This document shows, piece after piece, positions 1 through 10,672 of a stretch of DNA of 36,825 bases. The translations under genes and the position numbers were made by a program. The stretch is taken from positions 111,074,323 through 111,111,147 of the forward strand of contig NC_068984.1 in NCBI RefSeq assembly GCF_001194135.2. The letters are read 5' to 3'. The notes below the pieces were generated by a model. The model ran no database searches, was not told the DNA's origin, and saw only the letters and a list, made by a program, of their open reading frames with translations. This DNA comes from Octopus bimaculoides. Its lineage: Eukaryota. Within the stretch, counting starts at the first letter, position 1. Each line of letters starts with the position of its first letter.

Positions 1-8
1 GTATGTAT

Positions 9-40
<32 letters not shown>

Positions 41-215
41 GTGTGTGTGTGTATGTATATGTGTGTGTGTGTATGTGTGTGTGTGTGTGTATGTATATAT
101 GTGTGTGTGTGTGTGTGTATGTATGTATATATATGTGTGTGTGTGTGTGTGTGTATGTATATATATGTTTGTATGTGCATGTATCTATGTACATATATAT
201 ATATGTAAGTATAAA
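1..215. repeat. Compound (GT)n/(AT)n microsatellite
   Basis: Direct dinucleotide repeats; the CV-rich ORFs here are artefacts. Confidence 0.97.
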
Positions 216-337
216 TGGTGGTGCTTGTAGGGATGGCAGTTGACATGATGACTAGTGGTAGTTGTTTTTCTGTAGGAGGGATGGTCCTTGTGGTTGTGGT
301 AGTGGCAGTGATGGTAGTGGTGATATTAGTTGTGGAA

Positions 338-480
338 GTGAGTTCAAATTCTGCCAAAGTTGGCTTTGCTTTTCATCCTCTTGGGGTTGACAAAATAAAG
401 TACCATTCAAATACTGGGGGTCAATGTAACCAACTACCACCCTCTGCCAAAATTTCAGGCCTTGTGCCAGTAGTAGAAGA
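338..480 (+). mobile_element. SINE family B fragment (core gtcgactttgcctttcatcctttcggggtcgataaa)
   Basis: gagttcaaattctgccaaagttggctttgcttttcatcctcttggggttgacaaaataaagtacc matches the cleaner copies at 27588-27812 and 24685-24918. Confidence 0.8.
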
Positions 481-904
481 GGTATTAGTTGTGGTGGTCA
501 TGGCTGTTGTGAGAGTGGTTATTGAGGTAAAGGTGATAGTGTTGTTTATTGTTGTAGAAATAGCAGAGGTGTTAGTTGAAGCCATGGAGAGCCAACGGAA
601 ATATTTTTGGTAGGGTGGTGAGGTTATTAACACTCATATTTACTAATAGTTGTGTTGATGGTTCAAACACAGGTGGTGGTGGTGGTGGAGATACCTTGAG
701 TTGTGGGTGGTGTTCGTGTTGGTGATTTGGGAACAGATAGAAATTATTAAAGAAATGCAACACAAAAGCAAAAACAAAAAACAGACAAGATAAATAATTA
801 CTAAAGTAAAAAAAAAATTAAATAAATGAATAAATAAATAAATAAATAGGAAAAGCAATTATATAAAATAAATTTTAAAAAATAGATGTTTAGATAACTA
901 AAGG

Positions 905-1240
905 CACTGTTGATGATGGTGATGATGATGTTAATGATGATGATGGTGATGATGATGATGATTGTGATGAAGAGAAGGGGAAGAGAGGAAAAGTGTAATT
1001 GGCTGATGGTATTATAAAGCTGATGATTATAGTGATAATACTACTACTACTACAATTACAATAATCACACCATCACTACTACTACTACTACTACTACTAC
1101 CAATACTACTGCTGCTGCTGCGGCTACTACTGCTGCTGCTGCTACTAATACTGTTGCTACTACTACAACTACTACAATCTCTTCTTCTACTACTACTACT
1201 ACAATCTCTTCTGCTACTACTACTACTACCACTACTACTA

Positions 1241-1294
<54 letters not shown>

Positions 1295-1363
1295 TTTCAA
1301 ATATTAGTAGTATCAATAATAATAATAAACCTTATAACAACAACAAAAATGATGACAATGACG

Positions 1364-1395
<32 letters not shown>

Positions 1396-1423
1396 GATGA
1401 TGATGACGGCAACAACGACGACG

Positions 1424-1455
<32 letters not shown>

Positions 1456-1560
1456 GGTGATGGCGACGACGACGATGATGATGATGATGATGATGATGGT
1501 GATGTTTCAGTGATAATAACAACAGTAATAATGACACGTAGCTAACAACAACAACAGCAA
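905..1560. repeat. Compound trinucleotide tracts (GAT)n, (CTA/CTG)n, (ACA)n
   Basis: Direct inspection; the poly-L/V/M/H ORFs are artefacts. Confidence 0.95.
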
Positions 1561-1639
1561 CACAGAAAAACAAACAGTCTTTAATAGATTCTCACAGGAA
1601 CTTTTGTTAACGAAAATGTTTTTCAAGAGGAAAAGTGTT

Positions 1640-1985
1640 AGCGAGTGAGTGTAGAGGGTTTTTTTTTTTTGAGTGAGAATCTTGAGTGGTGTTTATGGTG
1701 TTATGGTAAACTGGAGAGATGGTGCGTGAAGACGATGATGTAGAAAGGAGCGGGGGGAGAGGGGGGAAGTGGAGTATCTGCGGTGCGTTGTTGGATGCGA
1801 GCGTGTTACGGAGTTTGTTGTGTGGTGGAAAGAAAGAAAGAAAGAAAGAAAGAGACTGAAGTCAGAAGTCAGAGAGAGAATGAGGAATGAGGAATGTTTG
1901 AAGCTCAGAGAGCAACTTTTGCCTTTGGCGTTGCACTATCTTTGCTACACTGGTGAATTAAGTATTTGCATTCAAGTCTTTGGTA
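1640..1985. promoter_or_regulatory. CpG-retaining, GA-rich unique segment; possible promoter or first exon of a neighbouring gene
   Basis: Several intact CpGs (gcgagtgag, gtgcgtg, ctgcggtgcg, atgcgagcgtgttacgg) against a CpG-poor background; G-rich boxes and (GAAA)n; Inr-like TCAGTC on the minus strand near 1860. Orientation is unresolved. Confidence 0.3.
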
Positions 1986-1987
1986 TA

Positions 1988-2303
1988 AATAAAAAAAATA
2001 AAAATAAAAAATAAAAATAAAATAAAAATAAAAAATAAAATAAAAATAAAAATAAAATAAAAAATAAAGTAAAATAGACCAAGCAAATAAAAAAAACAAA
2101 AAAAACAAATAACAACACAACGACAACAACAACAAAAAAAATAACTAAAAAGTAAGCTGTTGTATTTCATTTGGGACTGCTTTGCCTCTTTTTAAAATTT
2201 TTTTTTTAGAAATTATTATTATTATTATTTTTATCATCATCATCGTTATCATCATCATCATCGTCGCCATCATCGTCAGTGTCATCATCATCATCGTCGT
2301 CGC

Positions 2304-2340
<37 letters not shown>

Positions 2341-2368
2341 ATTATCATTATTATAATTATTATTATTA

Positions 2369-2400
<32 letters not shown>

Positions 2401-2640
2401 GTTATTATTATTATTATTATTATTATTGTTATTGTTATTATCATTATTATTATTAGTCTTGTTATTGCTAAAAGATTATTATTAGCATTGTTATTACTAT
2501 TATTATTATTATCATCAGTATTATTATCATTATCACTATTATTATTACTATTATTATTATTCATATCATTACTGTTATTGTTGTNNNNNNNNNNCTGTTA
2601 TTAGTAATATTTTTCATGTTGTTAGTATTATTATTATTAT
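1988..2640. repeat. (AAAAT/AAAAAT)n followed by long (ATT)n/(ATC)n tracts
   Basis: Direct inspection; includes a 10-N gap at 2585-2594. Confidence 0.95.
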
Positions 2641-2748
2641 GACTATCTCTTCTCCCTATATATTTTTTAGACTTTTTTTTTTTTTACTATCTTCTGCTGT
2701 AAACATTTAGATAATAGTTAACTTTTCACCAAAAGAAAAAAAATGTGT

Positions 2749-2802
2749 CTACTTCTTCTTTATAGAGGGGATATCATTCTCATCCTCATCACCATTTAAA
2801 AT
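2749..2802 (-). CDS. Candidate terminal coding exon of the minus-strand gene (ILNGDEDENDIPSIKKK*)
   Basis: Minus strand aaacag|ATT TTA AAT GGT GAT GAG GAT GAG AAT GAT ATC CCC TCT ATA AAG AAG AAG TAG; phase 0 matches the upstream phase-0 exons; the polypyrimidine tract is weak. Confidence 0.35.
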   Translation of the reverse strand: MLNGDEDENDIPSIKKK

Positions 2803-3184
2803 CTGTTTGTATGCTAGTATAAGTTGAACTATGTACACACACACACATCCATGCACACATGCACATAGGCACATGCATGCACACACACATATATACTTGA
2901 ATGTGTGTGTGTATGTGAGAGAGAGAGAGAATGTGTTTTGTTTAGAATAAAAGGCAGAAAAGTATAAACATTACCAATAATTTAGTTACTTTCAACAGTT
3001 GTTTCATGAAGAATGAGCATAATTAATTCTATAATTATGTAATTATAGAATTATGCTTATTCTTAATAAAACAGCTGTTGAAAGAAATTATGATATGTCT
3101 ATGAAACTCTTTCCTGCCTTTTACATGCACATATATATATATGTTAGGGTGTTTGGAATGTAATTTCATTTTTTCACCATTATG

Positions 3185-3490
3185 AAATATGCTAACCTAG
3201 TCATGGGATATCTAGAAATTAGTCTTTATTGTAAGGTTCTAGAAAAATAAGGCAGCCCATTCTCCCTCTACTCAGGAAATAACTGGAAGAGATACCTGGA
3301 TGACTGTTTCATTCTTTGGCATGAAAGAATAGAGAGACTTAAAGAATTTCAAGCACTTATAAATGGACTTGACATAAACATTCAATTCAGGATGGAATAT
3401 AGCCATCAACAACTTCCCTTCCTCAACATCCTTATTAAGAAATCTAACAACATAATAGAAACAGATATATACTATAAGCCCACAACGACC
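3185..3490 (+). mobile_element. Penelope-like element (PLE) reverse transcriptase fragment, pseudogenised
   Basis: Manual translation KYANLVMGYLE...*...WKRYLDDCFILWHE...IQFRMEYSHQQLPFLNILIKK..IIETDIYYKPT shows the hallmark PLE RT motifs (YANLFMG, RYxDD, LPFLD, TDxYxKPT). One in-frame stop. Confidence 0.9.
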
Positions 3491-3631
3491 TCGAATCCAC
3501 AAGAGTAAACAAGAGAGACAGAGACAGGCAGAAACAAGAAAAATGCCCCTTGTATTTGAATGCTATGCAAATATTCTTTTAAAAAAACTTTTCTTTTAAT
3601 TTTTCCAAAATTTAATTGTTTTCCCTATTTA

Positions 3632-3667
3632 CAGTTGAAAAAGTCTCAATGACTGAAACCGGTACTG
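3632..3667 (+). ncRNA. Minimal type-I hammerhead ribozyme-like motif, U3-A8 variant
   Basis: CAG-TTGAAAA-AGTC tcaat GACT-GAAA-CCGGT-A-CTG: stem I CAG/CTG, 4-bp stem II, palindromic helix III (ACCGGT), GUA cleavage triplet. About 140 bp downstream of the PLE RT fragment. Confidence 0.65.
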
Positions 3668-3744
3668 AAATGTTTTTTATAAAATTATTTTAGCATTTTC
3701 TACCTTGACTTTTTTTTTCATATATATCAACTCGTGTGTTCCTT

Positions 3745-3759
3745 TTCAACCTTCTACAT

Positions 3760-3804
<45 letters not shown>

Positions 3805-3806
3805 AC

Positions 3807-3842
<36 letters not shown>

Positions 3843-3845
3843 GTT
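3745..3845. repeat. (CA)n(TA)n microsatellite
   Basis: Direct inspection. Confidence 0.95.
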
Positions 3846-4079
3846 ATAATTTAGAACAAACAATAAGCTGTCATTATGGTACTCAGAGTTTCGAATGTCA
3901 GAATGAAGAGCAATGATGCATTCTCATTGGCTATTAATGGCAACAGATGCTATGAAAAACTGTTGAATAAAAGAGAAGTTATTCTAATAGGTGGAAAAAT
4001 TATAACATTTATAAATAATCCTCTATTTATCTAATATTGGGGTCTCATTCTTTTGTTGTCACTTTTTATTGTTATTATT

Positions 4080-4119
4080 ATATATATAATTTGTGCGTAT
4101 GTGTGTGTGTGTGTGTATG

Positions 4120-4173
<54 letters not shown>

Positions 4174-4420
4174 TACAAATATACATATATATGTGTATAT
4201 ATCTATACCTACCTACATATCTCTCTCTCCACACACACACACACACGCTAGTGCATACACACACATACACACGTGCACACACACACAACAGGCTTCTTTC
4301 AGTCATCGGCCAGCAGTTATGTTAGGAGACAAGACACCCAGGTGCCACACAATGGTATTGAACCCAAAACCATATGGTTGGGAGGTAAACTTCTTAACCA
4401 CCCAGCCATATCTGAGCCTA
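4080..4420 (-). mobile_element. (TG)n(TA)n(CA)n microsatellite plus a degenerate 5' part of SINE family A
   Basis: aggcttctttcag...ggtgccacacaatggtattgaacccaaaaccatatggttggg matches the head of the family A copy at 5603-6006. Confidence 0.75.
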
Positions 4421-4747
4421 TAGCCATATATGCCTGAAATGTCAGTAAAAAAATAAATAAATAAAATTGATAGTATTTTAGTGAATAATGAAAAAAGAAA
4501 ATATTTAATATTTCAAGTTGGACCTTTCATTAAACATACAGATGTCTAGACAAGTGTAAGATGTCTCTAAGAGTGGAATGGAGTGGAGTATAATTCTGGA
4601 ATAATTCTGTCTATTAAAGTTTGAGTCTGCCATTAGATATTAAATATCGTTGCCCAGTCAACTATAGCTCTCTATACAGTACAGCTTTTCTTCCCATTTT
4701 AGGTAGTTGTTGCTAAAAGTCAAGTAGTTTTCTCATCTTAATTGCAG

Positions 4748-4788
4748 TTTATCACTCATAACTAAATGAAATTGTCCATTCAAGTGTT
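4748..4788 (+). other. Possible non-coding exon on the plus strand
   Basis: ttctcatcttaattgcag acceptor and GTT|gtaagt donor (second gtaagt at 4798); stops in all three frames. Confidence 0.2.
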
Positions 4789-4965
4789 GTAAGTATTGTA
4801 AGTGTTGCCTGTGTAATGAGGAGAAACAAGTATTAGAATCATTTGTTTTGAGATTCATTCTATGGTTTCATAAAATTGTAAACCTGTTAAATGTTAAAGG
4901 AAAATTACAGAAATTCACTTGTTTTGTTATTGCTGCCCTGGAAAAATTTTATTGCTTATTTTCAG

Positions 4966-5080
4966 TGATGTTTCATCAACAATCTAAAACTATAGAACAG
5001 AAACCAGTAAAAGAATATCAGTCTGCTAGAAATAACAGCCAAATTCCAATCAAACTACATATCCTACCATCTTATCAAAG
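4966..5080 (+). other. Possible plus-strand exon with ATG (MFHQQSKTIEQKPVKEYQSARNNSQIPIKLHILPSYQR)
   Basis: Acceptor ttattgcttattttcag, donor AAG|gtttgt, one open frame. No convincing downstream partner exon found. Confidence 0.25.
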
Positions 5081-5179
5081 GTTTGTTATGGTTGTGGTTT
5101 AACCTCAGATCAGCTCTGAAATAGGAACCCTGTCCTTGTGAGTATCTCCAATCATTGACCATCTTATGTTTTTAATTTA

Positions 5180-5375
5180 AAGTAAAGTTATCTTCTCAAG
5201 TCATACTGACTCATAAGGGCTGGTTTTTGATTTCACTGATCCATTGCAGAATTACTCATTTTTGCCAACTGAGTGGACTGGAGCAACACAGTACATTGTC
5301 CAGTCCAGGATGCAAAACTACAATCTTACAATCATGAGTTCAACACCCTAACCACTAAGCCACATGCCTTCACAT
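5180..5375 (-). mobile_element. SINE family C variant (head 2 + tail Y), degenerate
   Basis: ctgagtggactggagcaac...acaatcatgagttcaacacccta accactaagccacatgccttcac matches 36185-36445. Confidence 0.75.
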
Positions 5376-5429
5376 GTTTTTTAATTTGATACCGTGTATC
5401 TAGGATTACATTATAGATTGTATGCTTGT

Positions 5430-5580
5430 ACTGAGTTCAAATTCTGCCAACGCTGACTTTGCCTTTCATCCTTTCGAGGTTGATGAAAGGAGTACCAGTC
5501 AAGCACTGGGGTCAATGTAATCAACAAGGCCCCTCTCCCCCAAAATGTCAGGCCTTGTACTTATAGCAGAAAGGATTATT
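5430..5580 (+). mobile_element. SINE family B fragment
   Basis: ctgagttcaaattctgcc...gactttgcctttcatcctttcgaggttgatgaaaggagtaccagtcaagcactggggtc. Confidence 0.8.
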
Positions 5581-5602
5581 ATTAGTATTATTATTATCAG
5601 GT

Positions 5603-5792
5603 ATACTCTTTTACTTGTTTCAGTCATTTGACTGCAGCCATGCTGGAGCACCGCCTTTAGTCGAGCAAATCGACCCCGGGCCTTATTCTTTGTAAGCCTA
5701 GTACTTATTTTATCGGTCTCTTTTGCTGAACTGCTAAGTTACGGGGACATAAACACACCAGCATCGGTTGTCAAGCAATGCTAGGGGGGCAG

Positions 5793-5835
<43 letters not shown>

Positions 5836-6006
5836 CATATATACGACGGGCTTCTTTCAGTTTCCGTCTACCAAATCCACTCACAAGGCTTTGGTCGGCC
5901 CAAGGCTATAGTAGAAGACACTTGCCCAAGATACCACGCAGTGGGACTGAACCTGGAACCATGTGGTTGGTAAGCAAGCTAGTTACCACACAGCCACTCC
6001 TGCGCC
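5603..6006 (-). mobile_element. SINE family A, near full length (tRNA-derived head, central (CA)(TA) microsatellite, gtaaaaga tail); resembles the octopus OK/OR-type SINEs
   Basis: Reverse complement starts ggcgcaggagtggctgtgtggtaactagcttgcttaccaaccacatggttccaggttcagtccc (A/B-box-like); at least eight related copies in the window. The named-family assignment is not verified. Confidence 0.9.
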
Positions 6007-6419
6007 TATATGAAAATAATAAAGTGATGACTATATTGGTATCACTTTTATTTTTTTATCTTAGTACAATCATTTCAGTGACATGTAGCGTAAATATATC
6101 AGTCAACATGCTGTTACAAATACAAACAATGATTATAGCAACTCCATACTATATTAAAAGAAATCCACTCAATCATTTCATCAAGACCATCAAACAAGGC
6201 CACGCATTTTTACATAGATAGACAGTATTATAAATGCAGTCAGAGAGAGGAGATTATAATGTCATAGTAAGAAAATAAACAGACAGGCCTAGAAAAGAAC
6301 ATTAAATAAAAGGATTGAACAGAAAAATAGAGTATGTATATGAGTAGACAAAATTGATTGTGACTCTGATGCTAATTAGCTTGGGTGAGATAAAAGATGG
6401 ACAATGTGGTAGAATATTT

Positions 6420-6640
6420 TAGGTGGCGGTCTGGCAGAAATGTTAGCACACTGGGCAAAATGCTTAGCGGTATTTCGTCTGCCTTTATGTTCTGAGTTCG
6501 AATTCCATCGAGGTCGACTTAGCCTTTCATCCTTTTGGGGTCGATAAATTGAGTACCTGTTGCGTACTAGGGTCCATCTAATCGACTGACACCCCACTCT
6601 CCAAAAATTTCGGGTTTTGAGCCTAGAGTAGAAAACAATG
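6420..6640 (+). mobile_element. SINE family B
   Basis: ggtggcggtctggcagaaatgttagcacactgggcaaaatgcttagcggtatttcgtctg...gaggtcgacttagcctttcatcc. Confidence 0.9.
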
Positions 6641-7046
6641 TTGTAGAATGTTTGGGCAGGAAGGGATGTATTCAAATCTGGTAATAACAAATACAATGAT
6701 AAGCCTTAATTAGGGAGAGTCATGAGTAACAAATGGTGTAGGGAGAAGTAGGAAGGGAGCAAAGGAGAAAAAGTAATAGAAAAATGTAAGAAGGTTATGA
6801 AGAATAGAAAGATAGAAGAAAACGAAAATACAAGTGAAGATCTACAATAAAGTTAAATAAAAATAAAAATAATAAAATTTGTACAATACAGGCACAGGTG
6901 TGGCCATGTGGTAAGAAGGTTGCTTCCCAACCACAAGGTTCTAGATTCACTTCCACTGCGTGGCACCTAGGTCTTCTACTCTAGCCTCGGGATGACCTCA
7001 GCCTTGTGAATGGATGTGGTAGAGAGAAACTGAAAGAAGCCCATTG

Positions 7047-7077
<31 letters not shown>

Positions 7078-7235
7078 CTCCGTGTTTTTCTCCTTGTTTT
7101 CCCCATATTCTTTCTGTTGAAGAGCGTAGCTTGAAACGTTAAAGACTTTCCGTATTCCCGAGCGTCATACTAATACATCCTTTTGTTGTTTACACCACCT
7201 GTCCTCGTCTGTTGTTGTTTTTTTTGTACATTCTC

Positions 7236-7237
<2 letters not shown>
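7078..7237 (+). mobile_element. Short element inserted in (TA)n, containing a hammerhead-like motif (solo PLE terminal repeat or retrozyme-like)
   Basis: Non-SINE 160-bp segment flanked on both sides by (TA)n; contains the motif at 7109-7145. Confidence 0.55.
7109..7145 (+). ncRNA. Minimal type-I hammerhead ribozyme-like motif
   Basis: TCTTT-CTGTTGA-A-GAGC gta GCTT-GAAAC-GTT-AAAGA: perfect 5-bp stem I, stem II GAGC/GCTT, palindromic helix III (ACGT). A6 is replaced by U. Confidence 0.55.
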
Positions 7238-7292
<55 letters not shown>

Positions 7293-7524
7293 CACACACG
7301 CACAAACACATATGTTTGTGTGTGTGTGCCTTTGTGTCCGTGTTTGCATTCCCGTAACTTAGCAGTTCAGCAAAGGGACTAACGGAAAGAGTACCAGGCT
7401 GAAAAAGAAAAGAAGTACTGGGTTCAATTAATCTGAGAAAAATTCTTCAAGGTGGTGCCCCAGCATGGCCTCAGTCTAATGACTGAAACAAGTAAAAGAT
7501 ATTTATTCCGTAAATAGTTTTTGT

Positions 7525-7908
7525 TCTTTTATTCTTTTATTTGCTTCACTCATTTTACTATAGTCATGCTGGAACAATGCCTTTAATCAAACAAATCAAC
7601 CCCAGGACTTATTTTTTGTAAGCCCAGTACTAACTCTATCAGTATCTTTTGCTGAACCACTAAGTTACAGGGCTATAAACACACCAACATCAGTTGTCAC
7701 ACGATTTTGGAGGTACATACACAGAGACACACACACACATATGTATACGACGGGCTTCTTTCAGTTTCTGTTTACCAAATTCACTCACAAGGCTTAGGTT
7801 GGCCCAAGGATACAGTTGAAGACACTTGCCCAAGGTGCCACCATGTGGGACTGACCCCCAAAACCATGTGGTTGGGAAGTAAATTTCCTATCACAAAGCC
7901 ATACCTGT
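7525..7908 (-). mobile_element. SINE family A, near full length
   Basis: Colinear with 5603-6006. Confidence 0.85.
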
Positions 7909-8271
7909 GACTTGCTTCTTACTACACAGCTATGAAAATTCAGAATTGGAAAGGGACTTATTAAGATAAATTAATGATGAATATTCCAGATAGTGGTTGA
8001 TAACTTTACAAAGGATAAAAAGGTTGATTATAAACATAGAGACATTAAAGTAGAAGAATTATAACAGTGAGAAATAAAATGCAAATAGTGGTAATATATA
8101 CCTAATTTATAATTTCCTATATAAGTCAGTTAACTGGAATCTGTAAAAAGGTTTTATTAAATTGGTGTAAAGAATGGATTGACTACTCATTATGTTTATT
8201 AATTAGTCCAGACTTACATCTTAGGATTTCGAGTGAACTTCATGCAAAATAAATTACCACTGCCACCATAC

Positions 8272-8325
8272 CTTTTATATGGAAGTGCAGTCCATATGAT
8301 TGATCAATATTTCTTTGTTTAATGT
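8272..8325 (-). CDS. Weak candidate exon (xIKQRNIDQSYGLHFHIK), phase 1-1
   Basis: Acceptor aattcatctcag, donor AAG|gtatgg, open frame. Its phase does not join directly to the neighbouring phase-0 exons. Confidence 0.2.
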
Positions 8326-8759
8326 CTGAGATGAATTTTACTAGTGATGCATTACATAGTTCTGTCTATTATATGGCTATTTTATTGCAATTTGAATTTT
8401 GACATTGTAGCCCTGATATAGCAGACTACTTTATTGAATGTTTTGACTGAACATCTGTATGCTACGTCTATCCAGAAGCACTGGTTATTCAAACAGCAAT
8501 TGTATTAATTCCTACTGTTACATATACTGTCAGGTTTATTAGATAGCAAAGAAATATTAATTATATTATTACGAAGGTTATTGTTATTTAGCAGCACAAA
8601 AACAACAGCAATATTCATGTTAGACTGAGGTGTATTATTAACAGAGGAGACAAACAAACTACTGTGATAATTAAACTCCTACATACGATTTCTAATATGT
8701 CTTGATATTTTATTATTAATAGCAGTTACACAGATTCACAGATATATTCACACATACAC

Positions 8760-8975
8760 TGAATGGATTTTTTTCCCTTATAGTTTTGATCTATGAAACT
8801 CACTCAACTCATAAGGTTTTAGTTAGCCAAGAGTAATAGCAGAATATACTTGACCAAGGTGCCTCACTGTAGGACTGAACCCAAAACCATGTGGTGGCTT
8901 CTGCACGGTTTCTGTCTTCCAAATCCACTCATAATAGTTTTTGTCTACTCATGAATATGATAGACACTTTCCCAA
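8760..8975 (-). mobile_element. Degenerate SINE family A head fragments
   Basis: acttgaccaaggtgcctcactgtaggactgaacccaaaaccatgtgg; ttccaaatccactcat. Confidence 0.65.
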
Positions 8976-9141
8976 AATGGTCGTATGTACAGAACTAGAC
9001 TCAGATACCTCATTAACATTATGTTGTTTAGTAAAGAAACTCTTAATGTATATCCTCTATCTTAACTAACAATTTCTATTGTTTTTGTAATTGTATTATT
9101 CTACACAAGCAAATATACATTTCTGTATGTTTACTTAACGA

Positions 9142-9225
9142 GTCATTCATTCATTCATTCATTCATTCATTCATTCATTCTTTCATTCATTCATTCATTC
9201 TTTCATTTGGCTAGTCAGTCATTCA
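9142..9225. repeat. (CATT)n tetranucleotide repeat
   Basis: Direct inspection. Confidence 0.95.
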
Positions 9226-9721
9226 CAAATACTTAGGTCAGTTACATTGAAGTTACAATTCTGCTGAATGGCTACAACAGAATGAAATATTATCTAGAGT
9301 TAACTCCACATGCTTGTTTGTCAAGGAGAATGTTATACTGGGTCATCAACTAATATTACTAATGTTACATTACTCTTAAAACATATCTCATCTCTCTTTG
9401 GCTTTTTAATGGGTTTAAGTATTAAGTATGCTTCCACCCAGCAAATTAAATATATTTCATCACAGTGTATCTGATGTTATCTACTAAGTATATATAAATA
9501 TACTTTAACAGAGAGCCATCATCACAGAGAGATTAAGTATGTTTACATACATGCAATAGATTATATCTTGTGCTTTGTTATGAAAGATATCAACAACAAT
9601 AGAAGTGTCAGTAATAACAACAGCAAAGAAGCTTTCTATCCATTGGATTGACCAGCTAGAAATGGCAGTCAAATATTCCTCTGATTATATCTTAGACTCT
9701 TTGTAAGCCTTTCAAAATCAA

Positions 9722-9915
9722 CTTACTTTTAGTTGTTTCACTCATTTGACTACGGCCATGCTGGAACAATGCCTTTAATCAAACAAATCAACCCCAGGAC
9801 TTATTCCGTTGATCGGATCAACTGGAACCCTCGACGATGTAAGTGACGGAGTGCCAACAACAATATATGTCTCACTATATCTCAGACGTGATGGTCATAG
9901 CTGGAATGCTTTTGA
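9722..9915. mobile_element. Fused tails: SINE A 3' part (minus) joined to SINE C tail X (plus)
   Basis: tttcactcatttgactacggccatgctggaac...ccccaggacttatt, followed directly by ccgttgatcggatcaactggaaccctcgacgatgtaagtgacggagtgccaacaac. Confidence 0.75.
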
Positions 9916-10471
9916 TCATATATCTGTTGATTCGAAGGCAAACCACAGGGATAATGTCATCACCACCACCACCAACAACAACAACAACAACGGCAGCAAC
10001 AACAACAATAAAAACTTCAATAGTATAAAAGCTGGCTGTGCAATACAATGAGCCATTAGTGATATATTTTTGCATCCAGCTGTATTTCACAAACAAAGAA
10101 CAGTTTCTAAACAAAATATGCATACAACCTTATATATAGTCTATTATATATATACATGTGTTTGTAACATATATATTATAAAAATATATTTCATATATAT
10201 ACACACATAGATATATATATTATATTATAAATATGCAGAATATTATTATACATAACGTAATACACATTCTCAATTTCTTTGTTTATTTTAAATTAGTAAA
10301 TTTCTTATGAGAAACATGGTAATAAGATTCCCTGAAATTCTGCAGAAAATTTTTGCGATTACATGAATTTGGTGAAAATATGTATATTACATATGTCAAT
10401 TGCTGCATATATAAAGAAAGCAGCTCAATTTGTTTGCATTTGGTTGTTTATAATATATATATATATATATA

Positions 10472-10672
10472 NNNNNNNNNNNNNNNNNNNNNNNNNNNNN
10501 NNNNNNNNNNNNNNNNNNNNNNNNNNNNNNNNNNNNNNNNNNNNNNNNNNNNNNNNNNNNNNNNNNNNNNNNNNNNNNNNNNNNNNNNNNNNNNNNNNNN
10601 NNNNNNNNNNNNNNNNNNNNNNNNNNNNNNNNNNNNNNNNNNNNNNNNNNNNNNNNNNNNNNNNNNNNNNNN
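10472..10672. other. Assembly gap (others at 2585-2594, 12453-12462, 16533-17067, 19500-19509, 33947-34471)
   Basis: Runs of N. Confidence 1.

Larger units (their letters stand above)
6891..7500 (+). mobile_element. SINE family A carrying a 160-bp insertion in its central (TA)n
   Basis: Head ggcacaggtgtggccatgtggtaagaagg, tail gactgaaacaagtaaaaga; interrupted at 7078-7237. Confidence 0.85.

Noticed and set aside
215-763. Mucin-like S/T-rich and poly-P ORFs on the minus strand
   Set aside because: Degenerate (ACC/ACT)n sequence interrupted by a SINE fragment, with frames that do not join and no convincing acceptor.
3-2604. Many 60-140 aa ORFs (poly-V/L/I/H/M/N, CVCV)
   Set aside because: They are translations of di- and trinucleotide microsatellites.
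2766-2808. Plus-strand exon-like segment after cttcttctttatag
   Set aside because: Overlaps the better minus-strand terminal exon candidate; no supporting partner exon.
5778-6221. 147-aa ORF
   Set aside because: More than half is antisense SINE A and microsatellite.
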